The notes below the pieces were generated by a model. It saw only the letters and a program-made list of their open reading frames with translations, did not search any database and was not told the origin of the DNA. This document shows, one piece after another, positions 9,408 through 20,100 of a DNA stretch of 64,000 nucleotides (positions are counted from its first letter, which is position 1; every line of letters starts with the position of its first letter). The stretch comes from a virus. The stretch lies in the IMG/VR virus record IMGVR_UViG_3300046648_000213, positions 1 through 64,000 of that record; one strand, 5' to 3'. A program made the translations under genes and the position numbers.

Positions 9408-10841
9408 TCAGATCGGCATTAACGCCTCGCACGCGACACCGTATAGGCGCACAGTTACCGACTGCGCCAGCGCACAATTTCCGACCCCTGCGTACGAATA
9501 AAGCGGCGTGGCGGCCGGCGGCAGGTCCACGTTCACCATCTGGTTGTCGAAGATCAGCGCGCCGCTGTTCAGGTCCTTCAGCGTGACGTACGCCTGCGTC
9601 GCGCCGGGAGCCATCGTGATCTTCACGCGGTACGTCGTCACCGTGTTGAGTGCGCCGCTGCCGCCCGCAATCGTGCCGCTCGCCGTGCCGTTGCCGACGA
9701 TGATCTGCAGCGGATCGGTCGCCGCGTTCGACGCGTTCCAACCCACGCCGATGCCGATGTCCGTTGCCGCGAAGCTGCCGTAGGTCTGCGAGCGGCTCGC
9801 GCTCACGCCAAAGAAGCCGCAGCCGCCGGCCACGAAATCGAAGCCGAACAGCGCCTCGAATACGAAGCCGCCGAGCGCGCCGGTGCCGTGCTTCACGACC
9901 GGCTTAGCCGACGTGTTGCCGGCCGCCGAGTAGGTCGTCGCCGCGCTCACGAACTGGCTGTACGGGTAGTTCGACTTGAAGTCGGTGCCGCTGGCCGCGA
10001 TGTCCGTGTAGGTCGCCGTGCCGATCGTGTGGTAATCGTTGATCGACGAGCCCGCGTTGGAGTTCGAGTCGACGTACCAGCGGTAGCCGGCGAAGATGCG
10101 GTTGCGCTGGAGGTTCTTCCACTTGCCGCCAGAATAGACGAGCTCGTCGCCTTCCTTCGGCGTCGCGATGGTGGCATCAGTGAGTCCGGCAAGGGTTGAC
10201 GAGCCGCCGTTTCCGCCTGCCCCCGGCGTCGACGGAACCCACTTCCCGCCCTGCGAGGTCAGCACCTGCCCATCGGCCGCGCCAGCTGCTGCAACGTCGC
10301 CAAGGTCCTCGAGGTTCTTCGGCACTGCCGGAACGTCGGTCAGGTCCTTGTAGGAGCCGCTGACCGCGATCTGCTTCAGCTGCGTGTATGCCTGATAGGC
10401 TGCCGCCGGCATGAAGCCTGACGTGGTGGACGTCGCGTCGGGGTGAGCTTGGTTGCCGGCCGCGCCGACGTGACTCGCCGGGGCCGCGCCGAGCGCAGCA
10501 AGCGATAAGTCGGGGCGGCCGGTCAGGTCGCTATAGACGTTCGTCGTCGCGGCCTTCCCCAATCCCGTGATGGTGTTGGCGCTCTGCGTGCCGGTATGCG
10601 TCGCCCGGTCGCGCAGCGACGCGTCGGACGAGTTCGCCGTCGCGGCGTTCGCTATGCCGTCCAGCTTCTGCTTGTCGGTCATGCTCATCAGACCGGCAAC
10701 GGTCTCCGTCGCGTTTCCGATCCAGTTCTTTATCATCGCGATCGTCGCGCGGTAGTTCACTCCGCCCTTAGCGACAGGGAACGATTCGTTCCCATCCATC
10801 CCGTTCAGCAGGTCGAGTTCTGATATTTTTTTGCCCGCCAT
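9408..10841 (-). CDS. Tail fibre protein
   Basis: N-terminal KKISEL; AGLMS..DKQKLDGI; SGSYKDLTD; LEDLGDV/DGQVL fibre motifs. Confidence 0.75.
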   Translation of the reverse strand: MAGKKISELDLLNGMDGNESFPVAKGGVNYRATIAMIKNWIGNATETVAGLMSMTDKQKLDGIANAATANSSDASLRDRATHTGTQSANTITGLGKAATTNVYSDLTGRPDLSLAALGAAPASHVGAAGNQAHPDATSTTSGFMPAAAYQAYTQLKQIAVSGSYKDLTDVPAVPKNLEDLGDVAAAGAADGQVLTSQGGKWVPSTPGAGGNGGSSTLAGLTDATIATPKEGDELVYSGGKWKNLQRNRIFAGYRWYVDSNSNAGSSINDYHTIGTATYTDIAASGTDFKSNYPYSQFVSAATTYSAAGNTSAKPVVKHGTGALGGFVFEALFGFDFVAGGCGFFGVSASRSQTYGSFAATDIGIGVGWNASNAATDPLQIIVGNGTASGTIAGGSGALNTVTTYRVKITMAPGATQAYVTLKDLNSGALIFDNQMVNVDLPPAATPLYSYAGVGNCALAQSVTVRLYGVACEALMPI

Positions 10842-10865
10842 ACGCCTCTCCGATTTATTTTTGTT

Positions 10866-13847
10866 TTAGTACTCGGTCAAGATGAACTTCGTCGCGTCCG
10901 CTTCAAGGTCGATCTCGTAGTCGTCCTCTTGAGTGATCGGAACCAGCGCGTTGGTCGTCATGGGCGCATTGTAGAGGAGGTCCGTACCGTCCTCCAGCAG
11001 CACCTCATCACCGTTCTCCGCCTCGACGAAGTACAGGTCCACCGGCGTCTGCGCCGCGCCGAGCAGCTTCCAGTTGCGATACCCGATGTACAGGCCGAAC
11101 GCGCGAATGATCTCCCCGGCCCAAAAGCCGTAGAACATGTTGCCGCCGACCCACGGCGAGAAGCTGCCGCTCATGTGCGCGTCTTCATCGTACGCGCGCA
11201 CGTAGGTGCGCTCGAACTCGATCATGCAGCCTTCGATGATCGTTTCGCAGTCGGCCTGCCGCGAGCAGCCGTTCATCGCCACCAGCACCGCCCCGCCCAA
11301 CCAGTGCGCCGTCATGTGCCCTGTGTCGTCCGGATTCGACTTCTCGGGGTCCGGGTCCCAACCGTCGTTATAGGGCACGCCGGTCGAAGGGAACACCGTC
11401 GGCGTGTAGTTGTCATGCGTGCGCATGAAGTCCGCGATATAGGCGATGTAATTCTCGACCACCGTCCGCAGCTTGGCCGGCACCGGCTGACCGGCTGTGA
11501 CAAGTGCTTCCCACAGCCTGCAGGCCGAATAGAACGCGCGCGAGAAGTAGCCGCCCCACGGCTCCTGCGTGCCGTACTCGACGTCGACGAACGTGTCGGC
11601 CTTGCCATACTGCACGTTGTCGTAGCGCGGCCACACGTACACCGGCGACATCGGCCCGACGATTCCATGCGCTGCCGTATAGGCTTGCTGCGCATCGTAG
11701 AAATAGTCGATGACGTTGTTCATGTAGTCGGTGTAGCCACCCATCTGCCACACGATCGGAATCTGGTATCCGGTGTACGGCGTGCTGCGCCAGTACTCCC
11801 GCAGGCCCTTCTTGCGCGAGTAGTTCGTGTCGAACGGGACAAGTCCCGGCGAGTAGCGCGGGATCAGCGGTTGCGTGTTCATCACCTCAATGTCGCCGAT
11901 GTAGGCAGCGAACGCCTCGTGCACCTGCGTAACCATCTTGAAGTGCGACATGAAGCGCGTGCCGCTGTACATCGGCGGCACGTCGTTGAAGCAGTAGAAC
12001 TCGCCCCAACACGGCGCGCTCGATCCGGACGGCGAACCGACCGTGATCTGCGTCAGCGCGTTGTGCACCGCCGGCGCCGAGGGCCGCGTTCCGGTGTTCG
12101 TCTGATACGTCGACAGCGTGAACATGCTCCAGTCGAGCGGGCACGTGTACCAGTCGGTGACGAAGGGCAGGGTGTATTCCCACGACCAACCGTTCGCGTC
12201 CTTAATGGACACTGCCAGCGGACCGGGGATGCCCTGCTGCTGCCGGTACGTGATCGACTTGAGCGGGCGCGTCGTCGGCGTCGAGCTCCAGAAGCCGAGC
12301 ACGCATCCAGACGAGCCGTCAGGAATATAGACCGTGCCGGTGAAGTCGTTCCGGTTGGGGTCGCCGAAGAGCCCCCATTGCAGGTTGACGGCCGACGACA
12401 CGGCGTTGCCGTAGGGCACGAACGACTTGCCGTCGAGCATCACATACTCGGTTCCGGAAGCGTCGGCGTCCATGATGAAGTTGCGCAGGGCAAGAGTCTG
12501 CTCGATCACTCCCTTGGCCGTCGTCGTCCACCACGGCACCGGCGTGCGCCATACGGTCTTAGGCGCGTCGAAGTCGATCGTGTCCCCGGTCGTGATGAAG
12601 ACGTTGATGTGCGCTTCGTTATCTAGCCCGGTCGAGAACCACCAGTCGCCGCGGATATAGGACCACTCGTTCACCTTGTTGATGAGCGCACTCTGCTCGA
12701 TCGCCACCTGCGAATCATCTTCGTCGAAGAGCTCTTCGGTCTTCGATATGTAGATGTAGCCGTTCGGCGCGCGCGTGATGCTCGCCTGCGCGTTGTGGCA
12801 GTAGTTCCAACCGAACGAGATGCCTTCTGTGTACGGCGTCTGCGCATCCTTCGTGTAGCGGAACAGCAGCGTCTGCTCGCCGAGATTCACCGCGTTCACG
12901 AGCGTGAACATCGAGCTCTCATGCGCGCGCAGATACTTCACGTCCTTCGTGATGTCGAAAAGCATCCAGGCGACTTCACAGAACCACTGCTCCGCGTCTT
13001 CCGCGTTACCGTACTCGGCCGGATCGACGTGCTGCCACATCGGCCAACCTTCGAACGGCTGATTGCGCCCGATGCTGAAACCGCTGCGCGTGCCGAACGC
13101 GATGTTGAGCGTGCCGTTGAAGGTGTCGTATGGCGCGGCGAGCTTGATCGTGCCGATCGGCGTGCCGGCCGCGACCGGCGTGTCGAGCGTGTCGCCGTCG
13201 AGCGTCATGTACTGGTTGCCGTCGAACACGAACCACTCGACCGGATAAATCTTCCCGGAGGGCGTGCCGGTCACCGAGTTCCAGTTCATCTCCCCTTCGT
13301 ACACGTTCCAGATACGCGCGAGCTTCTCGCCGTAGTACGGATAGCCACGCGGCACATATCCGTAACCGTTCACGAACTGCACCGGGAAGTCCCACATGCC
13401 GGACTGCGACGGCGAGCCGTAGTTCACCGGCCCGATCGTCTCGAAGGGCTGCTTGCCGTTGACTGCCCAATGGCAGTGCCATTCCTGCGGTGTCGGCGGG
13501 ATCGGCAAGTTGGGGTAGAAGACGCTGAGGTACGCGTCGAAGTACAGCTTCGCCTTGTCGAGGAAGTACGTGTCGCCGGTCGCCTTATACGCGTAGACGT
13601 ACCCGAGAATCAGGAGCGACTGCCCCTCCGTCGTCGCAGTGCCGTTCGGCATGTAGCCCGACAGCGCGATTTCGAAGTGCATGTTGTTGAGGATGATGTT
13701 TCGGGTGTTCATGCAGAACACCCCGGTCCCATCGCTCGCCGCGTCGCCGATGTGCCGCTGGATGAAGTTGTCCAGGCCCCTAAGCATACTCAGCGCGTTC
13801 TCGGCGCGAGTGTCGAACCCCATTGAGCGAACAGGCGTGATTTCCAT
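10866..13847 (-). CDS. Tail-associated glycoside hydrolase-like protein (GH8-like motifs)
   Basis: TTEGQSLL resembles GH8 SEGQ; NAEDAE resembles GH8 ATDGD; aromatic-rich; lies between fibre genes. Confidence 0.5.
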   Translation of the reverse strand: MEITPVRSMGFDTRAENALSMLRGLDNFIQRHIGDAASDGTGVFCMNTRNIILNNMHFEIALSGYMPNGTATTEGQSLLILGYVYAYKATGDTYFLDKAKLYFDAYLSVFYPNLPIPPTPQEWHCHWAVNGKQPFETIGPVNYGSPSQSGMWDFPVQFVNGYGYVPRGYPYYGEKLARIWNVYEGEMNWNSVTGTPSGKIYPVEWFVFDGNQYMTLDGDTLDTPVAAGTPIGTIKLAAPYDTFNGTLNIAFGTRSGFSIGRNQPFEGWPMWQHVDPAEYGNAEDAEQWFCEVAWMLFDITKDVKYLRAHESSMFTLVNAVNLGEQTLLFRYTKDAQTPYTEGISFGWNYCHNAQASITRAPNGYIYISKTEELFDEDDSQVAIEQSALINKVNEWSYIRGDWWFSTGLDNEAHINVFITTGDTIDFDAPKTVWRTPVPWWTTTAKGVIEQTLALRNFIMDADASGTEYVMLDGKSFVPYGNAVSSAVNLQWGLFGDPNRNDFTGTVYIPDGSSGCVLGFWSSTPTTRPLKSITYRQQQGIPGPLAVSIKDANGWSWEYTLPFVTDWYTCPLDWSMFTLSTYQTNTGTRPSAPAVHNALTQITVGSPSGSSAPCWGEFYCFNDVPPMYSGTRFMSHFKMVTQVHEAFAAYIGDIEVMNTQPLIPRYSPGLVPFDTNYSRKKGLREYWRSTPYTGYQIPIVWQMGGYTDYMNNVIDYFYDAQQAYTAAHGIVGPMSPVYVWPRYDNVQYGKADTFVDVEYGTQEPWGGYFSRAFYSACRLWEALVTAGQPVPAKLRTVVENYIAYIADFMRTHDNYTPTVFPSTGVPYNDGWDPDPEKSNPDDTGHMTAHWLGGAVLVAMNGCSRQADCETIIEGCMIEFERTYVRAYDEDAHMSGSFSPWVGGNMFYGFWAGEIIRAFGLYIGYRNWKLLGAAQTPVDLYFVEAENGDEVLLEDGTDLLYNAPMTTNALVPITQEDDYEIDLEADATKFILTEY

Positions 13848-13850
13848 AGC

Positions 13851-14669
13851 TTAGGCCGGTATCTGAGAGCCGACGAAGAAACCGATCCACGTCGATCCGT
13901 TGTCGTCGGACATGAAGTCGATTCGATCCTTCACGCCAATCTGCGTTGACAGCATCGGCGCGCGCGACTGGTTCCACTTCACGTTCGTCGGCCACGGGGA
14001 GATCGTGTTCGATCCGGTCGTCTGCTCGAGGATGACAGAGAAGTGCTGGACGACGTTGGCCTTCGTCGTCGGATTCTTGAACACGATCTCGCAACTCGTC
14101 TGGTTCAGCTTCAGATGGAAGTGCGAGCCGGCATTCAGGTCGAGCGACTGCCAGTAGCCGGGATTGTCGTATTCGACTTTCGTCCGTAGGCCCGTATCGA
14201 TCGACGTGTCCGCCGCGGTGCTTGTGGGCTGCGTGCCTGCAGCCTTGTCGATCAGCGCAGGGCAGGGGATGAGCATCGTGTCACCGGCAAGTGTTGTCAC
14301 CGGGTAGTGACCGTCGCCGTTCGGCCCGCCGGTCGCGCTGCCCGACAGCCACGCGACCATCTGGTCCTCGCGATCGCGCTGCCGTTGAAGCAGGTCCGCG
14401 ACCTGCGATGCAAGGTCCGCCGCCGGCGTGTTCGTGAAATTCTGTACAACCGCGTACGCGCCGGCCGTGACGTTCAGGCCGGTGTAGGCGTCGTGCAGGA
14501 CAAGGTGCGTGTCGTCGGTGACGGAGGCGACCTCGTAGAAGTCGTTTTTGTTCGCCGTCAGAAAGAAGATGTCGCCATCCTTGATCTGCGAAGACCACGT
14601 GGTGCCGACACCTGTCACGGTCTTCGAGCCGTTGGTGAGGGCAACGGTGCCCGCGCGATACCAGGCCAT
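13851..14669 (-). CDS. Tail fibre protein
   Basis: N-terminal WYRAGTVALTNGSKTVTGVGT.W; C-terminal ISPWPTNVKW...DRIDF..DDNGSTW. Confidence 0.8.
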   Translation of the reverse strand: MAWYRAGTVALTNGSKTVTGVGTTWSSQIKDGDIFFLTANKNDFYEVASVTDDTHLVLHDAYTGLNVTAGAYAVVQNFTNTPAADLASQVADLLQRQRDREDQMVAWLSGSATGGPNGDGHYPVTTLAGDTMLIPCPALIDKAAGTQPTSTAADTSIDTGLRTKVEYDNPGYWQSLDLNAGSHFHLKLNQTSCEIVFKNPTTKANVVQHFSVILEQTTGSNTISPWPTNVKWNQSRAPMLSTQIGVKDRIDFMSDDNGSTWIGFFVGSQIPA

Positions 14670-14890
14670 TACGCTGACAGCCCGAGTGCGGTCGCGTGTT
14701 CCTGCACGAACGCGTCAACGGCAGACTGCAGGTTCGCGTCCAGCTGCGTGAACTTCCCGGTCAGCGAGAACGTGATCGTGTCGACCGCGCGCTTGAACGG
14801 GCCGGTATCCTGCACGATCGTGATGCTCACCGTCGTCTGGTTGTTGAGGTAGTCGCAGCTGAATGATTTGATCTCGTTCGTGTAGCTCAT
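14669..14890 (-). CDS. Small tail-region hypothetical protein
   Basis: Coupled ORF with AAGGGG RBS. Confidence 0.6.
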   Translation of the reverse strand: MSYTNEIKSFSCDYLNNQTTVSITIVQDTGPFKRAVDTITFSLTGKFTQLDANLQSAVDAFVQEHATALGLSA

Positions 14891-14900
14891 ACGTTTCCCC

Positions 14901-15602
14901 TTATTTGAAGCGCCCAATCCATACCGTTAGGTCTACGTCCCATCTCGTGTGGGCTGTAGGTGGCACGTCATATGGATAGGCTGAGTCGACACTTTGCTGA
15001 AACATCGCGTACAGCGACTGATAGGCCCAATCCGGCTTGTACACGTGCAACGCTCGGTTGGCATAGGGCATGCCCTGATACGAGGCGTTGTAGCCCCATA
15101 CGCCGTAGCCAGTCTCGAGCATCAGCGAGCCCTGAAAGAACTGAGCCGATGACTGCGCGACGCGTGCCCACGGAAGGATGCGTTGCTCCGCTGTCTGCAG
15201 CGTCGTCGACCCTGCGATGAAGAGCTCGCAGCTGTTGTCTCCCGGCGAAGGGGAGTACGTGACGATGTTGCCGAGCGTCGCACCGGTTTGCCCCGAGAAA
15301 ATCACGGCAAGTGCTTCATCGTTGACAACGTAGTTGCCCGCCGTGACGCCCGTTCCCCAGTCGTCGGGGACGACCGAGGCAGCTTGCGACGTACACGCGG
15401 CGCGGCAGATGATGAAGTCGTACTCGTCCGGAAGGTCGCAGACCTTCTGATACTCCTCCGTGTAGTACTTCTCGTAGAAGTCCTTCGATAGGTGCGTCTG
15501 CGACACCTGCAGAATCTGCGGAATATCCCGGTCGGTCGTGAACACGAGCGAGCCGTCGGCATCGGTCACCGTGATTTTGTTATTCGAGGCGGTGAAGGCC
15601 AT
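14901..15602 (-). CDS. Tail-tip-associated protein
   Basis: N-terminal DADGSLVFTTD motif; follows the J module. Confidence 0.55.
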   Translation of the reverse strand: MAFTASNNKITVTDADGSLVFTTDRDIPQILQVSQTHLSKDFYEKYYTEEYQKVCDLPDEYDFIICRAACTSQAASVVPDDWGTGVTAGNYVVNDEALAVIFSGQTGATLGNIVTYSPSPGDNSCELFIAGSTTLQTAEQRILPWARVAQSSAQFFQGSLMLETGYGVWGYNASYQGMPYANRALHVYKPDWAYQSLYAMFQQSVDSAYPYDVPPTAHTRWDVDLTVWIGRFK

Positions 15603-15627
15603 TTTTATTGTTCTGGTTATTTGCGCA

Positions 15628-16428
15628 TCATATCTGGATGCCTATCGGCTGGCTAGGCCACCACGACCCCTCGTACGGACCGGTGTCCGTGACCGTGTTT
15701 GCTCCGTCGCTGTTCGCGTATCGCACGCCTCCATTGCTCAGGTCCATCGTGCGCCCCGGAAGCAGATAGGTGTCGGGCGAGTTGGATCGCGCGAGGTAGC
15801 GCAGCCGGGAGTCGATCTTTCCTTTCGACGCGATGAACAGCGTCGGCTCGATGTGCAGAGACTCCGAGGACGTCGGGTTCGCGCTCCCGAGGTTCAGCTT
15901 GAGCGCCACCACGTCGTTGAGCGTGTACCCCGGAACTATGCCGCCGCCGATGGACAGGTACGTTTCCGTGACGATGATGTTCCCGCCGCTGATGCCGAAG
16001 CCTACCGAGCGGTACGCTCGCGTGGGAATGACGGCTCCGCCCGAGACGGTTTCGCTCGAGCTCAGGTCGCAGAGCAGGAGCGGCCCGGTTACCGGGCGGC
16101 CCTGATACAGGATGATGACCGGTCCGTTCAGGTCACCGAGCACGTTCGCAACGGCGTACGTCCTAACGCCCTGCACGATCTTCGGCTCCGTGAAGACGTA
16201 GGTGCCCTTCTTGCCGTTCTGGAAGACGCGTGTCGTGTAGCCGGCCTGAATCGGAGGCATGTAGACGCCCGCGATGTACGCCTTCTGCACGATGGACAGG
16301 TAGTCAAGGTCCGAGTGGAAGTAAATCTTGTCCATGTGGTCGGCCGGCGAGTCGAACGCGTGGCGCGAGCCGCCTTCCATGATGGCGACTCGCCCGGTCA
16401 CTCCGTCTGCGATCAGGCGCTTTGTCAT
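15628..16428 (-). CDS. Tail-tip-associated protein
   Basis: MTKRLIADG...KIYFHSDLDYL; ATGA-coupled. Confidence 0.6.
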   Translation of the reverse strand: MTKRLIADGVTGRVAIMEGGSRHAFDSPADHMDKIYFHSDLDYLSIVQKAYIAGVYMPPIQAGYTTRVFQNGKKGTYVFTEPKIVQGVRTYAVANVLGDLNGPVIILYQGRPVTGPLLLCDLSSSETVSGGAVIPTRAYRSVGFGISGGNIIVTETYLSIGGGIVPGYTLNDVVALKLNLGSANPTSSESLHIEPTLFIASKGKIDSRLRYLARSNSPDTYLLPGRTMDLSNGGVRYANSDGANTVTDTGPYEGSWWPSQPIGIQI

Positions 16429-17138
16429 AGCTTGCTCTCGTGCCGAAAGACCATGTTCGTCCTGCGCGCCCACACTCCGTCGTACGCCTCGATGCACGAC
16501 AGCCGGTTCGCGGGGTGATGGAGCACGTTCCCGTTCTCGACCATCACCATGACGTGCTCGGGGTTCCCCGGCGAGGCGCAGATGATGACGTCGCCAGGCT
16601 GCGGCAGCGCGACGTGGACGAAGCCGAGATCGACCAGCATCGGCTCCATGAACGAGCGCCCGAAGCGCTCAGCGAGCTCCTCCGCTCGGTCCGTCGTGGC
16701 GTCAGGGATCGGCAGCCCGTAGGCGTCGCGCAGGTACTCGCCGGCCAGCGTCACGCAGTCCGCCTTGAACACCTCGTAGACGCGCCCCGTGTACGGCTCG
16801 GCCCGCTGGTAGGAGAGCGGGTAATACGTGCGCGCGACGCCGCCCGGCCAGAAGAATTCCAGCACCGGACGGTTCTTCTCCTCGAGGTAGGCAAGTGTTT
16901 CCGCCGCCGGTTCCGGGCTGTACGCCTCGCGGCGCACGCGCACGCGGAACACTGGCTCGTGCTCCGGATGCTGCAGGTCGAAGAGGTGCGCAAAGGGCTT
17001 GCCGCCCTTGTCGCTGCCGATCCAGAACTCGGCGTGCTCGTCGGTGATCTGCCGTGCAATGTCCACGAGCACGTTACCGAACGGGAAGCGCCCGGTCCCG
17101 TACTGCTCGTTGAAGGTAATTTGCTTGGCGCGCTGCAT
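16425..17138 (-). CDS. Second gpK-like NlpC/P60 protein
   Basis: YEVFKADCVTL, PGDVII, EHVMVMV, VLHHPANRLS. Confidence 0.75.
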   Translation of the reverse strand: MQRAKQITFNEQYGTGRFPFGNVLVDIARQITDEHAEFWIGSDKGGKPFAHLFDLQHPEHEPVFRVRVRREAYSPEPAAETLAYLEEKNRPVLEFFWPGGVARTYYPLSYQRAEPYTGRVYEVFKADCVTLAGEYLRDAYGLPIPDATTDRAEELAERFGRSFMEPMLVDLGFVHVALPQPGDVIICASPGNPEHVMVMVENGNVLHHPANRLSCIEAYDGVWARRTNMVFRHESKL

Positions 17139-17139
17139 G

Positions 17140-20100
17140 TCAAACCTCGATGGAGATGAGCTTGTTGTTGAGGTCGATCCGGAACTTGTTGTCGGGCGAG
17201 TGAAGAAGGGCGGCCGTGACCTCCGTTATGAAGGCGCTGTTCATCGAGATCATCGGAATGCCGTTGATCGTCTGGATGATGAACGGGTACTGCGCTTCGG
17301 CTGCGCCCTGCGAGTTCGGCGCGACGATCGCGAAGCGGTCCGCGACGATCGTCACTTCGGAATCGGGCACGCCATTGGCTGTCGTTGAGGCAAGTCCGAT
17401 ACCGGCGATAGCGCCGTTCGCGTCGACCTTGATCGTGTACTGCGCCGACAGTCCGTTCAGCGTTTGCGCCGTCACCTGAATGCTGGCGAACTGCTGATCG
17501 ACCGCCGTCTTCAGGTTGGTGATCTGCTGCGCGATCACACCACTCGGCCCGTTGTAGACGCCGTTGATCTGGTCCACCGCCGCCTGCACGAGCTCGTTCT
17601 GGACGTTCAGCAGCGTCTCTTGCGTGACGAACTGCGTCGTGTCCGACTTGCCGGTGTTCACGAAGTTTTGCAGCACGGCGACCGCCTGCTTGAGCGACGC
17701 GATGTCGGCCGATGCCTGCGACTGCTGGTCGAAGTAGCTCAGCAGCTGCGCTGCGGCGCCTGAGTTCGCCGTGATCTCGGAGAGCAGCGTCGGCGCGAGC
17801 AGCGAGTTGTCGATGAACTGCTGCACCATGTCATCGTGCGTCGCCTGCGTCGTGGTCGCGACCGTGCCTTCGTTGCTGTTGAACTGCGAGGCCATGCCGC
17901 GCATGTTCACCGCCTTGATCCAGTACCAGCGCGTCGTGAGGCCAGGAAGTCCCGTGCGGACGTATTGAGTGCCGTGCGCGGTGCCAACCATCACCGCCGT
18001 CGACACGTCATCCCGACTGGACTCCCATATCTCGATGTGGTCGAGATCGATCGAGCTCGGGTTCGCCCAATTCAGAATGACGGAGCGGAAGTCGCCCTTT
18101 GCCGTCAGGTTCGTCGGCGGTCCCGGCGGGTTCGTCGTGCCGAGCACCTTGTAGGTGATGTCCGACTCGGGCGACACCTGCCCCTGCGTCGTGACGGCCG
18201 ACACCGCGAAGTCGTACTGCCCATCTTCCGCCACCGGCTCGAGATCGAACTGAGGCGACTGAACCTGAACCTCTGTCCAATTGGACACGTGGCCGTCGTC
18301 GCTTCGCCGCCACTTCACGTTGTAGAGCGGCGACGAGGCCGACCACGAAAAGTGCAGCTTCACACCGAGCACGCCCGGTGCGAGAAAGTACGTCGACTCG
18401 TCCACGCGCAGGTTGATCGGCTGCGCAGCCGTCGCCGGTACGATGGAAGTCTTCGGCACCTCGAGCGTCAGACCGTCCTCGATCGCGCCGAACTTGCTCG
18501 CGTTGTACTCCAGCGCCGTCACGGTGTACGTGCCTTCGGAGGTGTTCTCCTTCACGTTCAGCACGCGGAAAAGCTGCGGCTCGAGCGCCGGCTCGCTCAC
18601 AACCCACACCGCGTCGGCTTCTGGCGCCGTAGGCAGCGCCTGATTCACGTGGAGGACATTCGTCGACCCGGCAGGGTTCGAGATGTTGCGCGTCACGAGC
18701 GATCCGCCGCTCATGAGCGAAAGCGTGTACGTCTTGCCGGCGTCGAGATTGAGCGGCTGATCGATGTTGATCGCGCTCGTCGTGCTGCCGGACAGCACGC
18801 GCCCGCCACGGCGCGCGCCGGCGCGGACCTGATCGGCGATCTGGATCACGTGACCCGGCCGGAGCGGGACGCCCTCGAGGCCGGTGTCGAAGCTAACCGT
18901 CTCCGTCTCGTAGATTTCAGAGTAGAGAATCCACTTGCCGACGCGGTGCGCCTGCCCGCGCGACGTGCAGCCGAAGGCGACGACATCCGTCTTGTTGTAG
19001 CCAAGTCGGGCCACGCCGTCATCGTCTTGCACGTACTCGTAGGCTTGGTTGTACATGTTCAGCGGATCGTTCCACTGGACAAGTGCCACCGTGTGGCGTG
19101 CGTTGCGCGCGGTGCCGGAATACTCGAAGTTTCCGTTGACGACGTTCGACTGGTTGAACTGCCAGAACACATCCTGCGGCGCGTCCTGATTGAGACTCAC
19201 CGATCCGACGCCCCAATACACCATGCCGCGGAAGACAGCGGCGAGGTCGGCCAGCACCTTCCACGCATCCTCCTCCTGCTGCAGGTAGCAGTTGCAGGTG
19301 AAGCGCGGCTCGTACGTCTTGTTTCCGGCCTCGTCGAGGAAGCCGGTCGGGACCAGCTGATCGCAGTAAGCGGCGATCGAGTACAGCTGCCACTTATCGA
19401 TGTGCGTTTCGTCGATGTAGTTGCCGAGCCCGTAGCGCTTGTTCGTCGCGAGGTCGTAGAAAATCCACGCCGGGTTGTCCGTCCACGCGACCTTGAAGGT
19501 GCCGTCCCACGTGCCGTTGTAGCCACGACTGGCCGGGTCATAGTTCGACGGCACCTTAACCTTGATGCCGTAGATATGGTACGAGCGCCGGGGAATTGAA
19601 CTGAACTGAGTTGCATCGACTCGAAGTCCGACGATCGCCGACAGCGGGTAGCGCAGCTTGGCTTCAATGACCTCGGTGTACGAGTCCCAATACAGGTCGT
19701 TCGTGACGTTCGACTTCACGTTGTCCGGCGTGTCGCGCACGAGGCGGATCGACCACGGGGCCTGCCCGGTGAGCGGCATGTAGAAGCTGCGCTCGTACTT
19801 AGCTGTCGTCTTGCCGGAGATCGTGTCGGTGTTCGACGTGCCAGGCACGCGCCCGCCGTAGATGTAGATGTCTCCGTTGCCGCCGGTCTTCGTGAGCCGC
19901 ACCTCGTACTGGCCGTTCACGAGCGGAATGTCGATCACGCGGGCCGACTTCTTCATCTGCAGAAGGGCCGACTGCGAGCCGGAGCTCGACATGCCGGCCG
20001 AGGCGTTCCCCGAGTTGGCCTCATAGGTCAACTGGATGTCGAGGTCGCTCTTGTTGATCGTCTCGGTGGTGTAGGTCACCCACTCCGTCGTTCCCACAAG

